Of a stretch of 64,000 nucleotides of DNA, positions 41,915-53,959 are shown piece by piece. Every line of letters begins with the position of its first letter. Position 1 is the first letter of the stretch. This DNA is from Welwitschia mirabilis (Eukaryota), in the NCBI GenBank assembly GCA_051453625.1, contig JBOZIK010000001.1, positions 49,725,339 through 49,789,338 of the forward strand. The letters are read 5' to 3'. The translations under genes and the position numbers were made by a program. The notes beneath the pieces are model-generated. The model saw only the letters and a program-made list of their open reading frames with translations, was not told the DNA's origin and did not search any database.

Positions 41915-42082
41915 TGCCCTTTTTTAACACTAGAAACCTTACACAGATCTTATTTGTAAGCCATTAAGTCAAGTTATCAAAAGAAGGCATTCATATTGCA
42001 TCCAAACAAGAACCAGGCAGGAGCTGAGGAATTTAAGAAAGTAAATTAGGCATTTGAGATGTTAGTAGATAAAATGGGATGA
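41915..42082 (+). pseudogene. DnaJ/J-domain relic, copy 1
   Basis: CPFLTLETLHRSYL*AIKSSYQKKAFILHPNKNQAGAEEFKKVN*AFEMLVDKMG*. Confidence 0.75.
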
Positions 42083-42444
42083 TTCTTAGTTNNNNNNNNN
42101 NNNNNNNNNNNNNNNNNNNNNNNNNNNNNNNNNNNNNNNNNNNNNNNNNNNNNNNNNNNNNNNNNNNNNNNNNNNNNNNNNNNNNNNNNNNCTCATTCTT
42201 AGAGCAGGAAGAGATATTTTAAGAAAAATCCTCTAGATAAAACATAGAAATAAGAGCATTGGTCCTAAGGAGATGACTAAGAGTCCACTCCTTAGAAGAT
42301 AGAAGGTAGGCCTAGCCATAATGAGAAGTCGAATTCCCCATCGGGTTCCTCCCAGAAGAAAGAAATTAAGAGCCTCATGAAGACATTCATATAAACCATA
42401 CAAAAAGAGAAATCTTGGTTTCTATGATCGATGGTTTGAAAAGA

Positions 42445-42612
42445 TGCCCTTTTTTAATACTAGGGACCTCACATAGATCTTATTTGTAAGCCATTAAGTT
42501 AAGTTATCAAAAAAAGGCACTCATATTACATCCCGACAAGAACCAAGCAGGAGCTGAGGAATTTAAAAAAGTAAATTAGGCATTTGAGGTGTTAGTACAT
42601 AAAATGGGATGA
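42445..42612 (+). pseudogene. DnaJ/J-domain relic, copy 2 (HPD intact)
   Basis: CPFLILGTSHRSYL*AIKLSYQKKALILHPDKNQAGAEEFKKVN*AFEVLVHKMG*; matches the J-domain consensus (PY.iLG...IKkaYrk.al..HPDKN...aeeFk.in.AyevL.D). HPDK at 42529-42540. Confidence 0.85.
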
Positions 42613-42989
42613 TTCTTAGTTGAACACCATTATGGAAACCTCTTATCCAATTATAGGGGGTATCAATACCATTTTTTTCCTAGTTATTCTTACTTTAGTT
42701 TTATTTTTTACTATATTTTACTTAATTGTAGTTTTTAAGGGCACTTTTACCCCTAATTGTGCCTTGAAAAAAGCAGGTTCCTGCGATTATAGTAGGATAA
42801 TTTCCTTTTTTACGAATTGGGTTTGTTATTCCTCTTAAGTCAATGTGTTTTTATTCTCTTCCCTTCCCCCCCCCCCCCCAACCCCTGACATAAATTTTCT
42901 CATTTAATATAATGCTCATTTCTTTAAAAAAAAATAATAATATGATTAACCACATTCTAATATCCTCCACTAATGTAACTTCAAAAATA

Positions 42990-43900
42990 GTGACAAAGGA
43001 GTATATTAGTAAGGATCTAGAAGTAGATCATTTATCTATATAGTTCTTTAGAATACATTAGGATATTTTTGGAAAAGGCTACTTCAAAGTAATCTATAAA
43101 GCCTTACATGAAGGTAATTTAGGTTCAAAGCTTAACTAAAATTTCATTCATCTCTTTTTAAGTGACTTGGATTTCATTTTCAATTGAAAATCAATTATTT
43201 ACTCAATGTCTTTTATAAAATTTTAGATATATGTTTAGGTAAGAATTTCAATATTATTCTACCTAATATTATTTGTATTCATTAAAGTGATTTTATTAAG
43301 GATTAATATATTAATAATCTTATATCTACTTTGGAACCTTTAGCATGGGTAAGATTACCAATTTAGATATTGCCTTCCTTAATCTTAATATATGCAACAT
43401 TTCACAATAAAATTGAATGGAACTTTTTCTTAGCTTACATGAAAAATATAGGATTTAGAAAGGTTTTTGTTCATATGGTAACTTATTTTTTCAAAGTCGT
43501 AAATGCTTGTGTTATCACTATAGGATGTGCTACTTTCACCTTTCCTATTAAAAAATCTATAAGGCAATCATGTTCTTTGACTTCTATCTTTTTATCATGG
43601 TAATATAACTTTTATTTCATGATATTTAGAAGGATGAATAAGATAATCTTATTTAAGGTATTTGCATTGGTGCAAATTTAAAGTAGCTTATTAACATTTA
43701 CTTTATAAATGAATTCTTATTTTTACTTAAAAAGTCTAAAGTTTTAATTAAGTAGCTACTATTTAGGATTAATTTTTATTTTCTAATTGGTTTTAGGATC
43801 AACAAAAAAGTTTATAGTATTTAGTTTTTTTAAAAATTAGACATGGCTTTCTCTAAATTGTGAAAATTATTTAAGATGATGAGCTAATTAAAATTTATGA
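42990..43900 (+). pseudogene. Older, highly decayed L1 reverse-transcriptase fragment
   Basis: KSIILLNVFYKIL..ILPNII..*SDFIKD, KIEWNFFLAYMKNIGF, FPIKKSIRQSCSL (compare RGVRQGCPL). Confidence 0.7.
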
Positions 43901-43953
43901 AATTACCTTTTTTCTTTTTCCTTTTTTAAAATAAACTTTTAAACATCTATGGG

Positions 43954-46787
43954 TTTTTTTTTTTAAAAGAGAAAAGGTTATTTTATTAGTTANNNNNNNN
44001 NNNNNNNNNNNNNNNNNNNNNNNNNNNNNNNNNNNNNNNNNNNNNNNNNNTACTTATGGCTTGAAGGTCATACTTACTCCTGTTTTAAAAGTTCATCAAA
44101 CATATAACAGGGAATATTCTACAAAAAAAAAAAAAAAAAAAAACTAAACTACTAAAGATAAAATATCAGAACTACAAAAATAAATAGCAGGAAAGATTGA
44201 AAATAACTTATGACCATCTTCCATATTTTTGAACCAATTTCTCCCAATGTCAAAAATGGTAGAATTTTGTTGCTCATTTGTTCATCAAGATGTGTTTTAC
44301 TCCATTAATTTCAATGGTTTTTTCTAAGGCTTCTTAGAAATGGTCTCCATTTTTGTCTAGGTGCTACTATAAGATCAAACACATGTGAACTTTTATTATT
44401 TCCTACTAGGTTACTCTTATCTAAATTTCCAAACTCAATAGTGATTTTTCTAGACTTTGAAGGTATTAATTTCATCATAATATGAATTAGCCTTAGTTTG
44501 TGAGGTGAGCTTAATCTCGATATCCTTTTTAGTATAGCTCTCTCAGGAAGAGGAGCCTAAAATGTTTAGGCATTTTTCTTCTTTTCCTTTTACAATGCAT
44601 GCTTTGGTCTTTTATCTTGAGCCAACCTTGCATTATGGGTGTCTTACTCCACTCTGATGTCTAGAGTTTCTTCCTTATCACTGTAATAACTACTTCGTCC
44701 CCTAAATTTTGATTCTTCTGTTTATCATGCCTCATTTAATCTTTTTGTTGGGCTTGCTCATTCTAATGGTGATGCACATTGTTAGTTATAGGAGTGGGAC
44801 TTTTCTTCTTTAACTCTGCTACCTTTTAATGATCTATAGGGATTTCTTATTCTCTTGGATTTTGCCTTTGTCTTACCTTCTCTTAGGCCTTTCCTGCCTT
44901 TCCTATCTTGGGAGTGCTGGCCCATGTTTAACCTTATTCTTATTGGCTAGAAAATTTGTAAATTAATCATTCCATACATCGCCTTTTACTCTTATTATTT
45001 CCTCTTAGCCCTAAGCTGGGGGCTTCCTCCTTGCTGCTTCTATAGTTTTAATAAATTTGATTAATATTTTCACTAAGATAAATGCATCCATTTCTTAAGA
45101 GGTAACAAAAAATTGAAATAAATCCCTCTTAACTTTTAGTGATTTCCATCCTAGATCATGTATGTATCAATGTATTATGCCACTAACTTTCAAGTCTCTT
45201 TCAGCTCTAATTTACAAATAAAGCCCTTTCTTATCCTTAATTCCACTTACTTAAAGAAGTGATATGCATTGTTAAAGCTTGAGATAATCAAGAAGAAACA
45301 TTCCCTTACTTCTTGAAGTCCTAGTGCTTGTGCTATCATTTGTTGCATTATTAGATGCCTCTTTCTACCAATTACTAATTTACCCTTAACAACTATTTTT
45401 TTATGGCAAAAGAGGAATTGCCATTTAGCTCCATTAATGGATCCCATCCTAATGCTTTAATCCTATTCCATAGCTATACTTTTTGATTGAATTTATCTTT
45501 NNNNNNNNNNNNNNNNNNNNNNNNNNNNNNNNNNNNNNNNNNNNNNNNNNNTTTAATGATCTATAGGGATTTATTATTCTCTTGAATTTTTCCTTCATCT
45601 TGCCTTCTCTTGGGCCTTTCTTATTCTGGAAGTGCTGACCCATGTTTAACTTTATTCTTATTGGCTAAAAAACTTGCACATTAATCATTCCATACATTGT
45701 CTTTTGCTCTTATTATTTTCTCTTATCCCTAAGTTGAGGGTGTTCTCCTTGTTGCTTCTATAGTCTTAATAAATTCAATTAATCTTTTCACTAATATTAA
45801 TGCCTCCATTTCTTAAGAGGCAACAAAAAAATTGAAATGAATCCCTCTTAACTTTGAGTAATTTCCATCCTAGATAATGTACCTGTCAGTGTCTTTTACC
45901 ACCAACTTCCAAGTATCTTTGAGCTCTAATTTACAAATAAAGCCCTTTATTATTATTAATTCTACTCACTTAAAGAAGTGATCTGCATTGTTAAAGCTTG
46001 AGACAGTTAAGAAGAAACATTCCCTTGCTTCTTGAAGTCCTAGTTCTTGTGCTATCATTTGTTGCATTATTAGATGCCTCTTTCTACCAATTACTAGTTT
46101 ACCCATAACAACTGCTTTTTTATGGCAAAAGAGGAATTTCCCTTTAGATCCATTAATGGATTCCATATTAATGCTTCAATCTTATCCCATAGCTATAGTC
46201 TTTGATTGAATTTATCTTTTTTTTTTATGCATATTAAGGATGCCTACCATCTATTTTAGCACTAAAAAACTCATTAATTTCCTTCTGATTTTTGGAAGAA
46301 TGACACTTGCACTTGAGCTTATATTTTGAAAAACCTTCTAGTTATAAGCTAGCCAAAGAAATCATAGTATCATATCAATAATTTTTCTTGGTATGCAATA
46401 GATCTTCTCCTAATTTAATCCTCCATTAAATCCTTTCCATAACTCTTGGGTAAATAAGCATTTCTNNNNNNNNNNCCTCTAAGTATCCTATAATAATTTA
46501 TTTACCACATACCTTTTAAGTAATAAAGATTTAGCATTAATATGATGCCAATCTATTTTTTGGTGGTTGCTTCTCATGGATGGTTATTTTCTTTTTATGC
46601 AATCAATGGATCTATTTATGACTTCATTTCTTGAGTGAGGGAGGTTCACCCTACTTTATTAATCCTTCATTCCTAGATTTCTTATATTCTTTAATTCTAT
46701 TTTTGTTGGATTTATCTACTCTAGATTATTTTACTTCTTTTTATTAAGTACTGTGAATGACTAAAAAGGAATGTCATCCTTCTAATT
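43954..46787 (-). mobile_element. 3' part of a minus-strand L1-like LINE (zf-RVT-like, possible RNase H-like, long basic extension, poly(A))
   Basis: Minus strand *EKIYCIPRKII..FLWLAYN (zf-RVT-like, about 46420-46340) and EMEALILVKRL (RNase H-like). T11 run at 43954-43964 is a poly(A) on the minus strand, preceded by aataaa. Confidence 0.5.
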
Positions 46788-48659
46788 NNNNNNNNNNNNN
46801 NNNNNNNNNNNNNNNNNNNNNNNNNNNNNNNNNNNNNNNNNNNNNNNNNNNNNNNNNNNNNNNNNNNNNNNNNNNNNNNNNNNNNNNNNNNNNNNNNNNN
46901 NNNNNNNNNNNNNNNNNNNNNNNNNNNNNNNNNNNNNNNNNNNNNNNNNNNNNNNNNNNNNNNNNNNNNNNNNNNNNNNNNNNNNNNNNNNNNNNNNNNN
47001 NNNNNNNNNNNNNNNNNNNNNNNNNNNNNNNNNNNNNNNNNNNNNNNNNNNNNNNNNNNNNNNNNNNNNNNNNNNNNNNNNNNNNNNNNNNNNNNNNNNN
47101 NNNNNNNNNNNNNNNNNNNNNNNNNNNNNNNNNNNNNNNNNNNNNNNNNNNNNNNNNNNNNNNNNNNNNNNNNNNNNNNNNNNNNNNNNNNNNNNNNNNN
47201 NNNNNNNNNNNNNNNNNNNNNNNNNNNNNNNNNNNNNNNNNNNNNNNNNNNNNNNNNNNNNNNNNNNNNNNNNNNNNNNNNNNNNNNNNNNNNNNNNNNN
47301 NNNNNNNNNNNNNNNNNNNNNNNNNNNNNNNNNNNNNNNNNNNNNNNNNNNNNNNNNNNNNNNNNNNNNNNNNNNNNNNNNNNNNNNNNNNNNNNNNNNN
47401 NNNNNNNNNNNNNNNNNNNNNNNNNNNNNNNNNNNNNNNNNNNNNNNNNNNNNNNNNNNNNNNNNNNNNNNNNNNNNNNNNNNNNNNNNNNNNNNNNNNN
47501 NNNNNNNNNNNNNNNNNNNNNTGTATTTTCTTTTTAGAAGGCTGATCTAGGGGGGTTTTACCTCTCACTTTGATGTTTCTTGTCAAGTTGAATTTCACTA
47601 TAAAGATGTTGTCTTTGATGTCTTAAATGTTTCAATCCCCTAACTCTATGGGTTTGGCTATTTCTTCCTAAGATGTTGCATGTATTTTGAACCCTCATTT
47701 ATCTTCATTCTTAATAAAAATTTCTTATCATCTTATATAGTATATATTTTACCTTTTATGGAAGGACCCTAATTAAAGCATTAGAGTTGGATATGGTAGA
47801 AATAATTAAGTTGACTAATGCAATCCTTTTCTTATTAGATTAAAAGATCATATCCTAGCTTGACTTTTTGTGTTTATTTTGAATGATATTTTTTTAAATG
47901 TTTTAGTATTATTTAGAAGTAGATTAGTGAATAGTATATTGTATTTTGCATGTAATTAAATTGAAGATTTAATATCTTTCTATTATCTTCTGTTTTGCAT
48001 GGAACTTGTATATGTAAAAGTTATGCAAAGTTTATCCAAAAGTAGTTTTACTATAGACACATAATAAATAGTGATTATCTATGAATTTAGACCATTTTGT
48101 TTATTAAATCCTATTAGTTTTGAGGGGATAATACCATGATGTAATCAATCTTAATCTATTGACGCTTCTTGGGTAACAGGAAATAAGAAGTTAATAAGAA
48201 TCCTTATTTTAAGAATTCATGATCTTAATTCGTGTTCTGTTATTTTTATGATGCTTTATTCATACTCTGTTCTATTCTGTTTTTCTAGTAAGTTCTTGAA
48301 TTCAAAGAATCAAGTATCTAGATTTCATTAAAGCTAATCATAGTAACTCAATGAAATTTATATTTTTGTTTAATTAATGCACTTCATTATTGGTAACTTT
48401 ATAGGTTTTCATCTATTCATTTATTTGCAATGAAGTAATACTGGTATAGTAGTCTTTGTTATAGTAGGAAATCTGCATTACTGTTAGTTTAGTAATTATT
48501 TAACTTAGGATTAAGAGTTTAAAGAGGAGTTCAAACTTAATATTTTCATGCTAAAGTTTTCATGTTGTAAATGGCGTACATATCTTTATGAGGAACATCT
48601 TAACCATGTTACATTTGTAGGAAGAACAACTAGGAATTACAAGAAACACCTTAATATTT

Positions 48660-48677
48660 TAGCACCATTGTTGGGGA
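48660..48677 (+). promoter_or_regulatory. Primer-binding site, tRNA-Asp/Athila type (second copy at 50553-50570)
   Basis: tagcaccattgttgggga versus TGGCGCCGTTGCCGGGGA: five differences, all G>A or C>T. Confidence 0.75.
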
Positions 48678-49183
48678 TGTGTTAACATTATTAGATAAAT
48701 TTATAGGTGAAAATTTTATGTAAATTTGTAAGAGTTATAAATTTTTGTAAAAAAAACACTGAAATATGAAAAAGAAAATTAAAGGATGTGAATAGCTAAT
48801 TCAGGAAAACATTTACCAAGGACTCTTTTCTTATGAAGAGTGTGAGGATACTATGTAGTCCTTATCTAACCCTTCCAAGATTGTGCTTTCATATTTTCTA
48901 GTTTCTAATATAAAAAGATAAGAAAAAGGATCTCCATCTAAAACAAGTAGAATTCGTTCAGTTATTCACCCAAGTGTGAATTCTATTGGTAAAGAATAGG
49001 CCAAAGAAAACATCTAACATCTAGAAACCTTGCATTTGAAGCCTTTAACTAATCAAGGAAAGAAGGATAAGTAAGTTGGAATTNNNNNNNNNNNNNNNNN
49101 NNNNNNNNNNNNNNNNNNNNNNNNNNNNNNNNNNNNNNNNNNNNNNNNNNNNNNNNNNNNNNNNNNNNNNNNNNNNNNNNNNN

Positions 49184-49362
49184 ATGCAAACCAAGAGGGT
49201 CTATGGTTAAGTAATAATTGTGCTTTCTAATTATTTTAAATCTTATAATGTGTTAATAGAATCTAAATAGGATTGATCCTAGGTTCCATTGTGCATGATA
49301 GTTAATAGCTATATAAAAAAAATATTATGGTTAATTAGGGTAATTAAAGTTGGGTTGTTACA
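49184..49362. mobile_element. Terminus of another LTR apparently inserted in the Athila LTR
   Basis: Ends gggttgTTACA, a common Gypsy LTR end, and is followed by sequence leading into the Athila LTR copy. Confidence 0.4.
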
Positions 49363-51059
49363 CAGCGCCTTTCAAAAGGGGAACTCCTCTCACTTCATCT
49401 GCCATCCCTTGTATTTCTTTTTAGAAGTCTAATCTAGGGGGGTTTTACCTCGCACTTTAATTTTTCTTATCAAGTTAAATTTGACTATGAAGATGTTGTC
49501 TTTAATGTCTTAAATGTTTCAATCCCTTAACTTTATGGGTTTGGCTATTTTCCTAAGATGTTGCATGTATTTTGGACCCTCATTTATCTTCATTTCAAAT
49601 AAAATTCCTTATCATCTTGTATAATATATCTTTTACCTTGTACAAAAGAACCCTAATTAAAGAATTATACTTGGATATGGTAGAAATAATCGAGTTGACT
49701 AATGCAATCCTTTTCTTATTAGATAGAAAGATCATATCCTAGCTTGAGTTTTTATGTTTATTTTGCATGTAATCATGTTATGTTTCTTAAATGTTTTAGT
49801 ATTATTTAAAAGTAGATTAGTGAATAATCTATTGTATTTTACATGTAGTTAAATTGAAGATTTGATGTCTTTCTATTATCTTCTATTTTGCATGGGACTT
49901 GTACATGTAAAAGTTATCAAAAGTTTATCCAAAAGTAGTTTTACTATAGACACATGATAGACAATGATTAGCTATGAATTTAGACCATTTTGTTTATTAG
50001 AGCCTAGCAATTTTGAGGGGATAGAACCATGATGGAATCAATCTTAATCTATTGACACTTCTTGGGTAATAGGAAATAAGTAGTTAACAAGAACCCTCAT
50101 TTTAAGAATTCATGATCTTAATTTCTGTTCTGTTATTTTTATGATGCTTTATCCTTACTCTGTTTTATTTTGTTTTTCTAGCAAGGTATTGAATTCAAAG
50201 AAGCAAGTATCTAGATTTCATTAAATCTAATCAGAGTTACTCAATGAAATTTATATTTTTATTCAATTAATGCACTTTATTATTGATAACTTTATAGGTT
50301 TTCATCTATTCATTTATTTGCAATGAAGTAAGACTAGTACTACAATCTCTGTTATAGTATGAAATATGCATTACTATTAGTTTAGTAATTATTTAACTTA
50401 GGATTAAGAGTTTAAAGAGAAGTTAGAACTTAATATTTTCATGCTAAAGTTTTCATGTTGTAAATGATGTACATATCTTTATGAGGAACATCTTAACCGT
50501 GTTACATTTGTATGAAGAACAACTGGGAATTACAAGAAAAGCCTTAATATTTTAGCACCATTATTGGGGAGGTGTTAACATTCTTAGATAAATTGATAGG
50601 TGAAAATTCTATATAAATTTGTAGGAGTTATAAAATTTTGTATAGGAAACATTGAAAGATGAAAAAGAAAAATAAAGGATATTAATAGCTAATTTAGAAA
50701 AACATTCAGCAAGGACTCTTTTTTTATGAATAGTATAAGGATACTATGTAGTCCTCATCTAACCATTCCAAGATTATGCTTTTATATTTTCTAGTGTCTA
50801 ATAGAAAAAGATAGTAAAAAGGATCTTCATCTAAAACAAGTAGAATTTATTCAGTTGTTCACCTAAGTATGAATTCTATTAGTGAAGAATAGACCAAAGA
50901 AGACATCTAACATTTAGAAACCTTTTATTTGAAGCCTTTAACTAATTAAGAAAGGAAGGATAAGTAAGTTGGAATTTCAATAGTGATACATAACTAACAA
51001 AGGATGGCTACTATACAATCAATAATTTCCAAGACATTACATGAAGCCTTGCAAAATAG

Positions 51060-52400
51060 AGGTAGAGAATTTCATGACACTATTAATTTACTAGTGGAAG
51101 ATGATGTGGAGATTAAAAATATTTTTGCTATACCAAAATATTGAAGGAAGGAATAAGATATTCCTCTATAATTCGTAATACATTTGGAATTGTATCTCAA
51201 TACATTAGGTTAATCAACTACCCATCATTTGTTTTTTATTGTGTTTAAGATGGCTTTGACAAGGAATACTCATAACTAGTTTTGCAAGATGCCTTACCAT
51301 TTCATAGTGACTAGAGAGGAGATGAAGGATACTTTTCTTAATAGGTACCTTACTAATTCTAAGTTTTAAAATCTTTAAAAAAAATAATAGGGTTCAAATA
51401 ACACAAAGATGAAGATTATCTTGCTGCCTTTAAAAGATATTCATCTTATGTTACATGTTACCTTGTAAATGATATTGAAGATTAGAAGTTAGTGGCATAT
51501 GTTATGGAAGGATTGCAACCTCCAACTAGAAAAATGATTGATTTTTCTTATGGAGGTGATGTCATGAATTTACCTGTCAATCACTATTAGGTAAAATTAG
51601 AAAGTCTGCAAGAATAGAGTAAAACCTGGTAGACTAACAAGAATAATGTATCCAAATTGGGAAAGTAATTTAGATAAGCATGTAGTGTGGAAGTAGTTGA
51701 AGAGATGGCTNNNNNNNNNNNNNNNNNNNNNNNNNNNNNNNNNNNNNNNNNNNNNNNNNNNNNNNNNNNNNNNNNNNNNNNNNNNNNNNNNNNNNNNNNN
51801 NNNNNNNNNNGTGGAAGATGATGTGGAGATTAAAAATATTTTTTCTCTACCAAAATATTCAAGGAAGAAATAAGATGTTCCTCTATAATTCTTAATATGT
51901 TTGGAATTGTATCTCCATACATTGGGTAAACCAACTATCCATTATTTTTTTTTATTGTGTTTAAGATGGCTTTGACAAAGAATACTCATAACTAGTTTTA
52001 CAAGCTGCCTTACCATTCTGTAGTAACTAGAGAGGAGATGGAGGCTACTTTTTTTAATAGGTACTTACTAATGCTAAGTTTTAAAACCTTAAAAAAATAA
52101 TAGAGTTCAGATAGAACAAAGATGAAGATTATCTTACTGCCTTTAAAAGACCTTCATCTTATATCACATGTTACCTTGTGAATGATATTGAACATTAGAA
52201 GTTAGTGGCATATGTTATGGAAGTACTACAACCTCCAACTAGAAAAATAATTGATTTTTCTTATAGAGGTGATGTCATGAATTTACCTATCAATCACTAT
52301 TGGGTAAAATTAGAAAGTCTGCAAGAATAGGGTAGAATCTGACAGACTAACAAGAATGATGTACCCACATTAGGAAAGCAATGTAGTTAAGCATGTAGTA
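51060..52400 (+). pseudogene. Athila-like gag (two interleaved copies)
   Basis: FKMALTRNTHN*F..IVTREEMKDTFLNRY, DEDYLAAFKRY, VMEGLQPPTRKMIDFSYGGDVMNL. Confidence 0.75.
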
Positions 52401-53959
52401 TGGAAGTAATTGATGAGATGCCTAGAATAGTTTAGCCAGTGTAAGAAACTTTAATATAAGTGATTTTTACTCTAAGAAAGATGACAACCACTTTGGCTAA
52501 AATCAAGAATGAAAAGAAACAAGTCTCATCTTCCAAGACTATAAAATTTGAAATTGAGGAATATTTATTATGTCAAGTAATTGATCAGAACATTGATTAG
52601 TATCTTGCCCTTCCATTTTGTCAAACTTTAGTTTTAGAATAAATATTTATTCTAAATCAAACTACCCCTAACTCTTCTCTCTAACCACCAAGATAATTTA
52701 TTAAAATAAATCAGAGTAGGTTTTAGAAGTCATTTGGATCATGATTTTATAGTAGTTAGAGTGTTGGTATTCCACTTACATAGTAGTGTGCAAATTAGGA
52801 TTATGTTATAGTTCCAAATGTTCCCTCTTTACCTTCAAACCAATCCATCCCTCGGGAAATGATGCAACACATATTTAAGACGTAATTTAGTAATCTTCAT
52901 ATTGTAGTTAACTAGATAAATAAAAATATGAATAAGCTAATAGTCTTAATGCAATAAACAATTTACTCTAATTCATGTGGACAAGAAGTCTTACCTTCCA
53001 ATTCACAGCCAAATCCATATCAAATACAGGACTTCAAGGTGATGACAAGAAGTTGAGTAGGAGTGGATACACCAAATAGAGATGAATTACATGTGGAAGA
53101 TCTAAATCATGGTTAAAATTTAGCTATATAATAACAGCAATAACAAGTAAAATATTAGCATATTCCTACTCAAATAGAATAACCTCCATTTGCAAAGTAA
53201 TTAAAAGGGAATGATGAAGATTCAAATTAATACCTTNNNNNNNNNNNNNNNNNNNNNNNNNNNNNNNNNNNNNNNNNNNNNNNNNNNNNNNNNNNNNNNN
53301 NNNNNNNNNNNNNNNNNNNNNNNNNNNNNNNNNNNNTTACATAGTAGTGTGCAAATTAGGATTATGTTATAGTTCCAAATTTGCCCTCTTTACCTTCAAA
53401 CCAACCCATCACTCTAGAAATGATGTAACACACATTCGAGATGTAATTTAGTAATCTTCATATTGCAGTTAACCAGAAATAAAAATTTTAATAAGCTAAT
53501 AGACTTGATGCAACAAAAAATTTACTCTAATTCATGTGGACAAGAAGCCTTACCTTCCAATTCACAGCCAAACCCATACCAAATATAGGACTTCAAGTTG
53601 ATGACAAGAAGTTGAGTAAGAATGGATGCACCAAATAGAGGTGAATCACATGTGAAGGATCTAAATCATGGTCAAAATTTAGCTACATAATAATAGCAAT
53701 AACAAGTAAAATATTAGCATATTCCTACTCAAATAGAATAACATCCCTTTACAAAGTAGTTAAAAAGGAATGATGAAGATTCAAATCAATACCTTAAATC
53801 CTTATTATAAGAAGCTAGAATTCCAATGCCCCTCTAGAGACTTTTCAATGATAATAAAAAGTATGAAAACATTTTCAAGGAGTTGGTCGAAAGGAATAAG
53901 AAAAGGAAGATGCTAAAAAGGATTTATTTAGCAGATTAACGATTTTTACAGCTCAGATA

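Larger units (their letters stand above)
34429..42933 (+). mobile_element. Near full-length degenerate L1-clade LINE with an extended 3' region
   Basis: 5' UTR, ORF1, ORF2, an extra J-domain frame and a ...ttaatataatgctcatttcttt-A9 end. Candidate degraded TSD ataattatatga (34417-34428) / ataataatatga (42934-42945). Confidence 0.7.

Noticed and set aside
42445-42612. Functional host DnaJ gene
   Set aside because: Both copies share two in-frame stops, there is no exon structure, and it sits inside an L1 3' region.
40868-47598. The longest ORFs in the track (260-350 aa) and other X-filled ORFs
   Set aside because: They are artefacts of translating through N gaps.
47522-50570. 5' and 3' LTR pair
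   Set aside because: Both copies are followed by the same PBS and leader, so they are duplicates of the 5' end.
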